A stretch of DNA of 52,485 nt from Deltaproteobacteria bacterium (GTDB lineage Bacteria > Desulfobacterota > Binatia > UBA12015), in assembly GCA_046583355.1 (NCBI GenBank), contig JAYGCM010000062.1:1-52485 (forward strand). The letters are read 5' to 3'. Of this stretch, positions 44,056 through 52,485 are shown in pieces (position 1 is the first letter of the stretch; each line of letters opens with the position of its first letter). Under the pieces are notes generated by a model, which did not search any database, was not told where the DNA came from, and worked only from the letters and a program-made list of their open reading frames with translations. A program made the translations under genes and the position numbers.

Positions 44056-45342
44056 ATGCCGCAGACGAGTGCTGACAATCATTACCTCCTGATCACTGCG
44101 GACAGCCACGCCGGGCCGAGCCCCGAGCTCTATGGGCCTTATATGGAGGCGCGGTGGCAGGATGATTACCGTGGCTGGCTCAAGGACACCGTCCAGGCGG
44201 CCAAGATGCTGCGCCAGGTCATGGGCAACCGCAGCATCGGCGTGGATGGTGATCCGGATATTGTGGGCTGGAGGAATTGGGATAGTGCGAAGCGCCTGGC
44301 CGAGAGCGAGCGCGACGGTGTCGTCGGTGAGGTCATCTTCACCAATACCGCGACGCCGTTTTCGCCCTCTATCATCAGCGAGTTCGGCGAGGCAGATCTC
44401 GGCACGGATTACCCACGGCGCTGGGCCGGTATCCAGGCACATAACCGCTGGCTCGCCGAATTCTGTCAGGAAGCCCCCGAGCGTCGCGCCGGCATCGCGC
44501 AGATCTTTCTGCCGCTTGTCGAAGAATCCGTCGCCGAGATCCGCTGGGCCCGCAAGAACGGCCTGCGCGGCGGCGTCTTGCTTCCCGGCGCGCCTCCGGG
44601 CTCGGGCATCGAGCCGCTCTACGCACCGGCCTACGAGAAGATCTGGCAGGTTTGCGAAGAGTTGGACATGCCGATCAACCACCATTCCGGTGGCGGAACA
44701 CCCAGCTTCGGGAACTACCTGCCGCAATCGCTGGCGATGTATATGCTCGAGGTCCAATGGTGGAGCTACCGCGCGCTCTGGCACCTGATCTTCGCGGGCG
44801 TCTTCGAGCGCCACCCACGGCTCAAATTTGTCCTGACCGAGACCGGACTCGATTGGGTACCCGGCGTGCTTTCCCAACTCGACCGCTTCTACGATCGCAT
44901 GAAGACCAATGAGCAATGCTCGGAGTATATCTTCGGCAACCCGACCGTCGCGAAACTCTCGCTCAAGCCTTCTGAGTATTTCCAACGCCAGATCTTTATC
45001 GGCGCGAGTTTCCTCTCACCCGCACATTGCGGGCTGCGCCATGAAATCGGCCTCGACAAGATTCTCTGGGGTACCGATTACCCGCATGTCGAGGGATCGC
45101 ACCCCTATACGCGCGAGCATCTGCAGCTCACTTTCGCCGGTGTCCCGCCCGACGAGATCCGCAAGATCGTCGGTGAGAATACGGCCAATATCTATGGCTT
45201 TGACCTCGAGACCTTGCGCCCGCTGGCCGATCGCGTCGGCCCGACCCAGGCCCAGATCGCGACACCACTGGACAAGGCGGCCCTGCCCATCGAGGCGCAG
45301 AAATGCCCGGCCTTTGCCGATGCCGCGCCGCCCGCCAGTTGA
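44056..45342 (+). CDS. Amidohydrolase family 2 protein
   Basis: ITADSHAG, DGVVGEVIF, HNRWLAEFC, NHHSG, FERHPRLKFVLTE, WGTDYPHVEG. Confidence 0.92.
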   Translation: MPQTSADNHYLLITADSHAGPSPELYGPYMEARWQDDYRGWLKDTVQAAKMLRQVMGNRSIGVDGDPDIVGWRNWDSAKRLAESERDGVVGEVIFTNTATPFSPSIISEFGEADLGTDYPRRWAGIQAHNRWLAEFCQEAPERRAGIAQIFLPLVEESVAEIRWARKNGLRGGVLLPGAPPGSGIEPLYAPAYEKIWQVCEELDMPINHHSGGGTPSFGNYLPQSLAMYMLEVQWWSYRALWHLIFAGVFERHPRLKFVLTETGLDWVPGVLSQLDRFYDRMKTNEQCSEYIFGNPTVAKLSLKPSEYFQRQIFIGASFLSPAHCGLRHEIGLDKILWGTDYPHVEGSHPYTREHLQLTFAGVPPDEIRKIVGENTANIYGFDLETLRPLADRVGPTQAQIATPLDKAALPIEAQKCPAFADAAPPAS

Positions 45343-45405
45343 CTGCGGCCGCTTGAACAGAGCCGCGGCCCAGGAGCCTGCGTGGGAGAAAACGCCGGCC
45401 CGCCG

Positions 45406-45780
45406 TCAAGCAGAGAATCGGGTTTCGAGGTACTCGTTGATTGCCTTGGACTCGTAGAGCCAGCGGAAACCGCTGTCTTCTTCGATCCGCAGGCACGGCA
45501 CCTTGGGCGAGCCGCCTTCGCGCAGCAACTCCTCGCGCCACTCTTCGTTGCGCTTGGTATCGCGTTGCTCGATCGGCAATCCCAGATGCTTCATCTGGCG
45601 GCGTACCGTCACGCAGAAGGGGCAGGCCAGAAACTGGTAGAGCTTCAGGCCCTTGGCCTCGCCCACGACGATCTGCTGGGCGGCCGGCGCACGCTCGATG
45701 ATCTCGGGCTGAAAGATCTTGTCCCAGAGAAGAATGATCGGGCCGAGGATGGCGCGGATGGTACGCATGAAGAGTTTCAT
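45406..45780 (-). CDS. Glutaredoxin / GST N-terminal domain protein
   Basis: LYQFLACPFC, GG..KVPCLRIE, LYESKAI; begins 4 nt after the upstream ACAD stop. Confidence 0.88.
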   Translation of the reverse strand: MKLFMRTIRAILGPIILLWDKIFQPEIIERAPAAQQIVVGEAKGLKLYQFLACPFCVTVRRQMKHLGLPIEQRDTKRNEEWREELLREGGSPKVPCLRIEEDSGFRWLYESKAINEYLETRFSA

Positions 45781-45784
45781 CAGG

Positions 45785-46924
45785 TCAGATCTCCAAACAA
45801 CGAGCGACGCGCTCGCGGTGGTAGGCCGGGTCGCCAAGGAAGCTTTCGCTGGACTTCGCCCTCTTGAAGAAGAGATGGCAATCGTATTCCCAGGTGAAGC
45901 CCACACCCCCGTGTACCTGAATCGCGTCTGCGGCGCAGCGGAAGAAGGCGTCGGAGCAATAGGCCTTGGCCATCGAGGCCAATTGCGGCAGCTCCGCGCT
46001 GCCCTCGGCGGCGGCCGCCGAGGCGAAATAGACCGCCGATCGGGCCGATTCCACCGCCACCAGCATATCGGCGCATTTGTGTTTCACCGCCTGAAACGAG
46101 CCGATCGGGCGACCGAATTGCACGCGTTCTTTGGCATATTGCACGGTCTGGTCGAGAATCGCCTGTGCGCTGCCGACCTGTTCGGCTCCCAGCGCTACCG
46201 CGGCGAGGTCGAGCGTATGGGCGAGCGCCGCCCAGCCGCTGCCCTCAGCGCCGAGGAGTGCGGTGGCCGGCACGGACACCTTGGCGAACGTGACCTCGCC
46301 CTGGCGGCGTGTCTGGTCCACGGTCGGAAGAATCCGGCGCTCGACGCCTGCGGTTTCGGCCGGCACGACGAAGAGGCTCACACCGGCCTCGCCCACGCTG
46401 CCGGGCACGCGCACTGCGACGACGAATAGATCCGCCACGCCACCGTCGGGCACAAACGTCTTGGTGCCTTCGAGAACAAAATTCTCACCCTCGCGCCGCG
46501 CCGTCATCTCGATGCCTGACGCGTCCCAGCGACCGGAAGCCTCGGTCAGTGCCAGCGTGCCGATGGTGGTGCCGCTGGCAATTGCCGGCAGCCACTGCGC
46601 CTTCTGCGCCTCGCTGCCTGCCGTTTGAATCGCTTGACCGGCCAGCACGACGCTGGCGAAAAACGGCGAGCAGAGCAGCGCGCGGCCCATCTCTTCAAGC
46701 AAGGCCGTCAGGTCGACGGGACCCAGGCCATAGCCACCATGCTCTTCGGCGAAGAGCAGCGCAGGCCAGCCCATTTCCTCGGAAATACGCCGCCACAACT
46801 CGCGATCAAACCCTTCTTCGGTCGCCATCGCTTCGCGCACCTTGGCCGAAGAAGAATGCTCGGCGAGAAAGGCCCGCGCCGAGCGGCGCAGCTCTTCCTG
46901 ATCTTCGTCAAATTTGAGATTCAT
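45785..46924 (-). CDS. fadE33: Acyl-CoA dehydrogenase FadE33/IpdE2-like subunit
   Basis: N-terminus VREAMA..EGFDRELWRR...GRAL..SP resembles FadE33 as recalled; R.QFGRPIGSFQAVKH, HGGVGFTWE. Confidence 0.7.
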   Translation of the reverse strand: MNLKFDEDQEELRRSARAFLAEHSSSAKVREAMATEEGFDRELWRRISEEMGWPALLFAEEHGGYGLGPVDLTALLEEMGRALLCSPFFASVVLAGQAIQTAGSEAQKAQWLPAIASGTTIGTLALTEASGRWDASGIEMTARREGENFVLEGTKTFVPDGGVADLFVVAVRVPGSVGEAGVSLFVVPAETAGVERRILPTVDQTRRQGEVTFAKVSVPATALLGAEGSGWAALAHTLDLAAVALGAEQVGSAQAILDQTVQYAKERVQFGRPIGSFQAVKHKCADMLVAVESARSAVYFASAAAAEGSAELPQLASMAKAYCSDAFFRCAADAIQVHGGVGFTWEYDCHLFFKRAKSSESFLGDPAYHRERVARCLEI

Positions 46925-46942
46925 GGTTTGCCGCTGCCGGCC

Positions 46943-47848
46943 TCAGGTACCGTGTACCTTCTGCGGGGCCTCGCCCTCCTCGATCAACTCGCGAATCACG
47001 CCGCCAAGCTCGGCCGCTTCCCAGCGCGCGCCCTTGTCGCGGCTCGGCCCGGTACGCCAGCCGTCGCAGACGCTGACCATGCCGCCGGCAATCTCGAAGA
47101 CTTGACCCGTGACGTCAGCAGCCTCTTCGCTGCCGAGATACGCAATCAGGGGTGCGACATTGTCGGGGTCCATTTTGTCGAAGCCCTGGTCGGGCTTCTT
47201 CATCATATCGGCAAACGCTTCTTCGGTCATGCGGGTGCGGGCCGAGGGAGCAATCGCATTCGAGGTGATGCCGTAGCGCCTCAGCTCCGCCGCCTGGACC
47301 AGCGTCAGGGCGGCAATCCCGGCCTTGGCTGCGGCATAAACCGCCTGCGCGATGCTGCCTTGGAGGCCGGCCCCAGAAGACGTGTTGATGATGCGGCCGC
47401 TGACCTTTTCGCCCGCCTTCGCACGGTCGCGCCAATATTTGGCAGCGTGGCGCGCAGTGCAAAAATGGCCCTTGAGGTGTACTTTCGTGACCGCATCGAA
47501 TTCTTCTTCGGTCGCGTTCATGAACATCCGGTCGCGCACGATGCCGGCGTTGTTGACCAAAATATGGAGATCGCCGAAGGCATCGACGGCCGACCGGATG
47601 AGCCCGGCCGCAGCGTCCCAATCCGAGACATCGGCGCCGTTGATGATGGCCTTGCCACCCATCGCTTCAATCTCGCGCACCACCTCGGCCGCGGGGCCGT
47701 CCGAGCCGGCGTCGTCGCCAGCCAAAGAGACGCCCACATCGTTGACCACGATGCTCGCGCCCTCGCGCGCCAATCCAAGTGCATGCGCGCGGCCCAGGCC
47801 ACGTGCGGCGCCGGTGACGATTGCCACCCTTCCGTCGAGAATTCCCAT
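46943..47848 (-). CDS. SDR oxidoreductase, Rv3548c-like
   Basis: GRVAIVTGAARGLGRAHAL, NNAGIVRDRMF.N, HLKGHF, NTSSGAGLQGS..Q..YAAAK. Confidence 0.85.
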   Translation of the reverse strand: MGILDGRVAIVTGAARGLGRAHALGLAREGASIVVNDVGVSLAGDDAGSDGPAAEVVREIEAMGGKAIINGADVSDWDAAAGLIRSAVDAFGDLHILVNNAGIVRDRMFMNATEEEFDAVTKVHLKGHFCTARHAAKYWRDRAKAGEKVSGRIINTSSGAGLQGSIAQAVYAAAKAGIAALTLVQAAELRRYGITSNAIAPSARTRMTEEAFADMMKKPDQGFDKMDPDNVAPLIAYLGSEEAADVTGQVFEIAGGMVSVCDGWRTGPSRDKGARWEAAELGGVIRELIEEGEAPQKVHGT

Positions 47849-47860
47849 CTTGTCTTCCTG

Positions 47861-49009
47861 TCAGAGTCTTTCGATGATCGTGACGTTGGCCTGGCCGCCG
47901 CCCTCACACATCGTCTGAAGACCGTAGCGGCCTTCGGTGCGTTCCAATTCGTGTAGCAATGATGTCATCAGGCGTGCGCCGGTGGCACCGAGCGGGTGGC
48001 CCAATGCAATCGCGCCGCCGTTCACATTGACCTTGGCATGGTCGACATCGAGCTCCTTCTCCCAGGCCATGACGACCGAAGCGAAGGCCTCGTTGATCTC
48101 GACCAGGTCGATATCGTTCATCGACATGCCGGCCTTCTTGAGTGCGCGACGGGTCGCCGAGATCGGCGCCGTCAGCATCCAGACCGGGTCGGCGGCGCGC
48201 ACGCTCATATGATGAATCCGCGCGCGCGGCGTGAGCCCGTGCTCCTTCAATGCCTTCTCCGAGACGATGATCATTGCCGCGCTAGCATCCGCGATCTGGC
48301 TGGAAACACCCGCCGTCACCCGACCACCCTCTTGAAGGGTGCGCAGCTTCGCCATCTTCTCGAGGCTTGAGACGCGCGGCGTCTCGTCGGTATCGAATTT
48401 CCCCACCGGCGTGATCTCGCGCTTGAAGTGGCCGGCTTCGATCGCCGCCAGCGCACGATTATTCGAGTCCAGGCCGAAAACTTCCATATCTTCGCGCGAG
48501 CAATTCCATTTCTCGGCGATCATCTCAGCCGAGCGGAATTGCGAGACCTCCTGGCCGCCGTAGCGATGCTGCCAGCCCGGCGAGGTGCGGAAGGGATCCG
48601 GGAACCCGAGCAACGTGCCCGCGAGCATCGCCGAGGAGATCGGAATCTGGTTCATCTGCTGCACGCCGCCGGCAACGACGATATCCATCGTGCCGCTCAT
48701 CACGGCCTGGGCGGCGAAATGCACCGCCTGCTGCGAGGAGCCACATTGGCGATCGATCGTCGTGCCCGGAACTTCCTCGGGCAGACCGGCCACCAACCAG
48801 CACGAGCGCGCGATATCACCCGCCTGGCCGCCGATGGTATCGACACAGCCATAGACCACATCGTCAACCGCGACCGGGTCGAGCTCGTTGCGCTGAAAGA
48901 GAATATGCAGCGGCACCGCGCCCAGGTCGGCCGGGTGCACGCCCGAGAGCGAGCCCTTCTTTTTTCCGACCGGCGTACGAACGGCATCTACAATATATGC
49001 TTCGGGCAT
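47861..49009 (-). CDS. fadA6: Acetyl-CoA acyltransferase FadA6-like thiolase
   Basis: DRQCGSSQQA, QIPISSAM...W.HRYG.QEVSQFR, NEAF, GHPLGATG, CEGGG; closely resembles Rv3556c as recalled. Confidence 0.85.
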   Translation of the reverse strand: MPEAYIVDAVRTPVGKKKGSLSGVHPADLGAVPLHILFQRNELDPVAVDDVVYGCVDTIGGQAGDIARSCWLVAGLPEEVPGTTIDRQCGSSQQAVHFAAQAVMSGTMDIVVAGGVQQMNQIPISSAMLAGTLLGFPDPFRTSPGWQHRYGGQEVSQFRSAEMIAEKWNCSREDMEVFGLDSNNRALAAIEAGHFKREITPVGKFDTDETPRVSSLEKMAKLRTLQEGGRVTAGVSSQIADASAAMIIVSEKALKEHGLTPRARIHHMSVRAADPVWMLTAPISATRRALKKAGMSMNDIDLVEINEAFASVVMAWEKELDVDHAKVNVNGGAIALGHPLGATGARLMTSLLHELERTEGRYGLQTMCEGGGQANVTIIERL

Positions 49010-49018
49010 CTTGATCTC

Positions 49019-50209
49019 CTAAGCGCTGACAACCACGGACGAGCCGTGGCCGAAGAGTCCCTGGTTGGCGGTGATTCCGGCCTTGGCGCCTTCGACCTGG
49101 CGGGCACCGGCCTGGCCGCGGATCTGCCAGGTGAGCTCGCAGACCTGCGCGATGGCCTGCGCCGGAATCGCTTCGCCAAACGAGCCGAGGCCACCCGACG
49201 CATTGACCGGACATTTGCCACCGATGGTGGTGTCCCCGTCACGCAGAAGTTTCTCGGCCTCGCCCAGGCCGCAGAGACCGATATTCTCGTACCAATCGAG
49301 TTCCAACGCCGTAGACAGATCGTAGACCTCGGCGAGACTCATATCTTCAGGGCCGAGACCGGCGTCCTCGTAGGAGCGCTTGGCGATCGAGTCGCGGAAG
49401 GGCGTCTCGGGGACCGGCACGGCGGCGGAGGAATCGGTGGCGAAATTCGGCATCTCGATCACGTCACTCGGGTACTGCGGCGTCACCATGGAGCAGCCGC
49501 GAATCTTCACCGGGTCGACCGCATGCTTGCGCGCGAACTCCATGCTGCAAAGCACCATGGCCGCGCCGCCGTCGCTGGTGGCGCAGATATCGAGAAGACG
49601 AAGCGGGTCGGAGACCATCTTCGAGTTCATGACGTCCTCGATCGTCACTTCCTTGCGGTAGCGCGCATAGGGGTTGTGCACCCCGGCAGCGGCATTCTTC
49701 ACCTTGACGCGGGCGAAATCCTCCTGCGTGGCGCCGTAGAGGTCCATGCGCCGACGCGCGTAGAGGCCGAAATAGATCGGGTTGGTCGCGCCGATCAAAT
49801 GGAAGCGCAGCCAATCGGGGTCGTTGCCGGCGGCGTTGCCGGCCGGAGCGAAGAAGCCCTTGGGTGCCGCATCGGCGCCCACCACCAAGGCCACGTCGAC
49901 CATGCCGGCGAGGATCTGGGCGCGCGCCGTTTGAATCGCCTGCGTGCCCGAAGCGCATGCGCCATAAGAGCTCGCCACCGGGATGCCCGTCCAGCCCAAA
50001 GCCTGCGAGAAGGCCGAGCCCGAGACGAAGCCCGGGTAGCCGTTGCGGATCGTCTCGCCGCCACAGACCAGCTGAATATCGCGCCAGCCGAGGTCGGCGT
50101 CCGCGAGCGCCGCGTTTGCGGCTTCAATACCATATTCGGTGAAGTTGCGTCCCCATTTTCCCCAGGGATGCATGCCGACGCCAAGAATTGCGATGTCTTC
50201 GGTTGCCAT
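49019..50209 (-). CDS. Thiolase-like / lipid-transfer protein (SCP-x/Ltp family)
   Basis: ILGVGMHPWGK, GACASG, ATSDGGAA, EVYD, NASGGL; paired with a DUF35 gene. Confidence 0.88.
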   Translation of the reverse strand: MATEDIAILGVGMHPWGKWGRNFTEYGIEAANAALADADLGWRDIQLVCGGETIRNGYPGFVSGSAFSQALGWTGIPVASSYGACASGTQAIQTARAQILAGMVDVALVVGADAAPKGFFAPAGNAAGNDPDWLRFHLIGATNPIYFGLYARRRMDLYGATQEDFARVKVKNAAAGVHNPYARYRKEVTIEDVMNSKMVSDPLRLLDICATSDGGAAMVLCSMEFARKHAVDPVKIRGCSMVTPQYPSDVIEMPNFATDSSAAVPVPETPFRDSIAKRSYEDAGLGPEDMSLAEVYDLSTALELDWYENIGLCGLGEAEKLLRDGDTTIGGKCPVNASGGLGSFGEAIPAQAIAQVCELTWQIRGQAGARQVEGAKAGITANQGLFGHGSSVVVSA

Positions 50210-50211
50210 CG

Positions 50212-50658
50212 TCAGGCCTCCTCCGCCGCTGTCGGCTTCCATTTCCAGACCAGATATTCGTTCTCTTCGTCCTCGTAGAGAACGTCGAGCGTGAGCTCCA
50301 TGTCCATGCCCACTTGCAGATCCTCGATCTTCGTCTCCGTCACGCATTGCCCGAGGATGACCATTTTCTCGTCATCAAGCTCCACGGCGGCCACGATATA
50401 AGGGACGAAAGGATCCGGCGCCTCGTAGGGCTTGGGCGGCGGGTAGCAATTATTCGTGTAGGACCAGAGCTTGCCCGTGCGCCCGAAGGGCACCTCGTCG
50501 AGCTCCTTGGACTGGCAATCGGGGTTGCGGCAGAAGAAGGTCTCTTTGGGAAAGAAGTAGGTCTTGCATTGACGGCAGCGGCTGCCGATCAGGTTGATCG
50601 CCTCGCCGTCGGCGACAAACCAGCCGTCGACAGCAGGGACTCGATTTTTCTCACTCAT
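50212..50658 (-). CDS. DUF35 zinc-ribbon/OB-fold protein
   Basis: CRQC...FFP...CRNPDC zinc ribbon, G.LWSYT, PY.VAAVEL, L.VGM; 2 nt from the Ltp gene. Confidence 0.9.
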   Translation of the reverse strand: MSEKNRVPAVDGWFVADGEAINLIGSRCRQCKTYFFPKETFFCRNPDCQSKELDEVPFGRTGKLWSYTNNCYPPPKPYEAPDPFVPYIVAAVELDDEKMVILGQCVTETKIEDLQVGMDMELTLDVLYEDEENEYLVWKWKPTAAEEA

Positions 50659-50674
50659 GGGACAATGATTCCTT

Positions 50675-51733
50675 TCAGACTTCCGCATCGAAACCGAAGC
50701 TGGGCAGGCGGGGCAGATCACAGAAGAGCATCCGGCCGATGCGAGCGCGATGAAACTCGCGGCTGCCCCACGCAGCGTCCAGCGCCCAGGCGCGCTTCAT
50801 CCATATATGAAGGTGGACTTCCCAGGTGTAGCCGATGCCGCCATGCACCTGCAGGGCCGTGCGCGCCGCCGCTACAGCCGCCTCGCCCGCCATCAGCTTG
50901 GCCTGCGAGACATCCGTGGCGCGTGTCGGCAGCCCGCGGGCTACCGAGTCGGCCGCACGCGCCACCGGGGCACGCGCGAATTCAATGGCTACCTGGACTG
51001 TCGAGAGGTGATGCTTGACGGCCTGGAAAGAGCCGATGGGTACACCGAATTGCTGGCGTTCCTTGGCGTACTCGACCGCGATATCCACAAGCTGCTGCGC
51101 GATGCCCACCAGCTGTGCGGCCGTAGCCAACGCGGCGCGATCAAAGGCTGCGGCCAGAAGCTCGACTGCCTCGTCGCCGCGCGCGATGCAGGTCGCCTCG
51201 CTCGGCGCCCAATCGACCGTGAAGAGGCGACGCGACCTGTCGGTCGCTGGCTGCGGCGTGAGCTTGACGTCGTCGCGCGTAAGCGCGTGGATCTCGCCAC
51301 CATGCTGCAAGAGCAAGAGGTCGGCGATATGGGCGTCGGTCACCACCGGATTGATGGCCAGGCCGACGGTCGCGACAGCTTCGCCGGCGGCGAGCTTCGG
51401 CAACCACTCCGCGGCCAATTCGGTATCGCTACAATCGCGCAGCAGCGGCACGGCAATGGCCGCCGTCTCCACCACCGGCTCGACCAAAGCGACACGGCCC
51501 ATTTCTTCGAGCGGCAACACCAGCTCCAGCTCAGACAGCGCGAGACCGCCATGCTCTTCGGGGGCCAGCATGCCGAGCACGCCCATCTCGGCGAGCTTGG
51601 CCCACATCGCGGGCGAGCGCGCCGTCTCGGTCTCCCAGAGCGCGCGGATGCTCTCCGGCGTGCATTCCTTGGCGAGGAAGCTGCCGATGCTCTCCTGAAA
51701 GCTTGTCTGATCTTCGTTGAAGAGAAAATTCAC
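50675..51733 (-). CDS. fadE32: Acyl-CoA dehydrogenase FadE32-like
   Basis: ACAD fold, QQFGVPIGSFQAVKH, LQVHGGIGYTWE, DRSRRLF; directly downstream of the fadE31-like gene; GTG start 51733. Confidence 0.75.
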   Translation of the reverse strand: MNFLFNEDQTSFQESIGSFLAKECTPESIRALWETETARSPAMWAKLAEMGVLGMLAPEEHGGLALSELELVLPLEEMGRVALVEPVVETAAIAVPLLRDCSDTELAAEWLPKLAAGEAVATVGLAINPVVTDAHIADLLLLQHGGEIHALTRDDVKLTPQPATDRSRRLFTVDWAPSEATCIARGDEAVELLAAAFDRAALATAAQLVGIAQQLVDIAVEYAKERQQFGVPIGSFQAVKHHLSTVQVAIEFARAPVARAADSVARGLPTRATDVSQAKLMAGEAAVAAARTALQVHGGIGYTWEVHLHIWMKRAWALDAAWGSREFHRARIGRMLFCDLPRLPSFGFDAEV

Positions 51734-51735
51734 GA

Positions 51736-52485
51736 TCAAGCCCTCGGCAGGCCGAGCAGACGCTCGGCGATGACGTTGCGTTGGATCTCGTTGGTACCCG
51801 CGTAGATCGGGCCGGCCAGCGAGAAATAGAAGCCGTCGAGCCAGCCACCGACATCGCCCGCGGCGGGCGCAATCGGCAGCAGTTCCGCGCGTGCGCCGAG
51901 AATGGCGAGCGCCGTCTCATGCATCGCGACATCCAGTTCCGACCAGAAAATCTTGTTCAGACTCGCCTCGGCGCCGATCTTGCCGCCGCTCTCGATCAGC
52001 GAAGCCGTGCGGTAGGTGTTCACGCAATAGGCCTCGGCCCGCGTCCACGCGTCGATGACCTTGACCCGCAGCGAGGCGTCGGCCTCGTGCTCATGTGCCT
52101 TGTAGAGCTCGACCAGCCGCTTCGCGGTTGCCTGGAAGCGCGCCGGACTGCGCAGCATCAAGCCGCGCTCGAAGCCGGCCGTGGCCATCGCCACACCCCA
52201 GCCACCGCCCAGCTCGCCGAGTTGGTTCCATTTCGGTACCCGGACTTCGTCAAAGAAGATTTCTGCAAACCCCGTCTCGCCGTCCAGCTGCGGAATCGGC
52301 CGCACCGTGATGCCTTTGGCGTCAAGCGGGAAGAGGATGAAGGTCAGACCCTTATGGCGCTTGGAATCCGGATCGGTGCGGAAGATGCCGAAACCCCAAT
52401 CGGCAAACGCAGCCCGCGTCGACCAGGTTTTCTGGCCGTTGAGCACGAACTCGTCGCCCTCGATGCGGCCGGTCGAGCGGATCGC
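51736..52485 (-). CDS. fadE31: Acyl-CoA dehydrogenase FadE31-like (5' end outside the window)
   Basis: LNGQKTWSTRA.FADW.FG.FRTDP...RHKGLT, FERGLMLRSP.RF, FSLAGPIYAGTNEIQR; the frame stays open to the window edge. Confidence 0.8.
   Translation of the reverse strand, partial: AIRSTGRIEGDEFVLNGQKTWSTRAAFADWGFGIFRTDPDSKRHKGLTFILFPLDAKGITVRPIPQLDGETGFAEIFFDEVRVPKWNQLGELGGGWGVAMATAGFERGLMLRSPARFQATAKRLVELYKAHEHEADASLRVKVIDAWTRAEAYCVNTYRTASLIESGGKIGAEASLNKIFWSELDVAMHETALAILGARAELLPIAPAAGDVGGWLDGFYFSLAGPIYAGTNEIQRNVIAERLLGLPRA

Noticed and set aside
48428..50278. 616-aa + strand ORF (likewise 11490-12962, 31248-32753, 40985-42589, 46625-47956)
   Set aside because: Opposite-strand shadows of well-supported genes.

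Overview
High-GC (roughly 65%) bacterial chromosomal window, densely coded with about 45 intact genes and 2 gene relics. No rRNA, tRNA, CRISPR array, integrase or transposase was recognised. Gene content suggests a delta-proteobacteria-like lipid/steroid degrader such as Ca. Binatia or Myxococcota; this is inference only. From left to right: (1) lipid and housekeeping genes (crotonase, inositol monophosphatase, FATP-type acyl-CoA ligase, SGNH hydrolase, CMD protein, uppP); (2) a cytochrome c maturation cluster with a CxxxY-type CcmE, CcmF, a Cys-rich CcmH-like protein and a zinc-ribbon protein; (3) miscellaneous enzymes and oligopeptidase A; (4) a single-polypeptide EgtD-EgtB ergothioneine biosynthesis fusion followed 2 nt later by an atypical OSBS/NAAAR-like enolase-superfamily gene; (5) a long minus-strand run, feoA-feoB-B12 radical SAM-membrane protein-lnt-amidohydrolase-GH3; (6) two convergent GT-C-like membrane proteins; (7) a steroid C/D-ring (HIP) catabolic cluster (fadE30, ipdF, Rv3549c-like, fadE33, Rv3548c-like, fadA6, fadE32, fadE31) with extra genes, running off the right edge. 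The best candidate for a novel system is (4): a two-gene ergothioneine module in which the enolase-like protein might be a PLP-independent C-S lyase (untested hypothesis). A family of CTAG-flanked inverted-repeat elements (MITE-like) is scattered through intergenic regions, with one complete copy between two stop codons. All family assignments come from motif recognition and recalled sequences; no searches were run.
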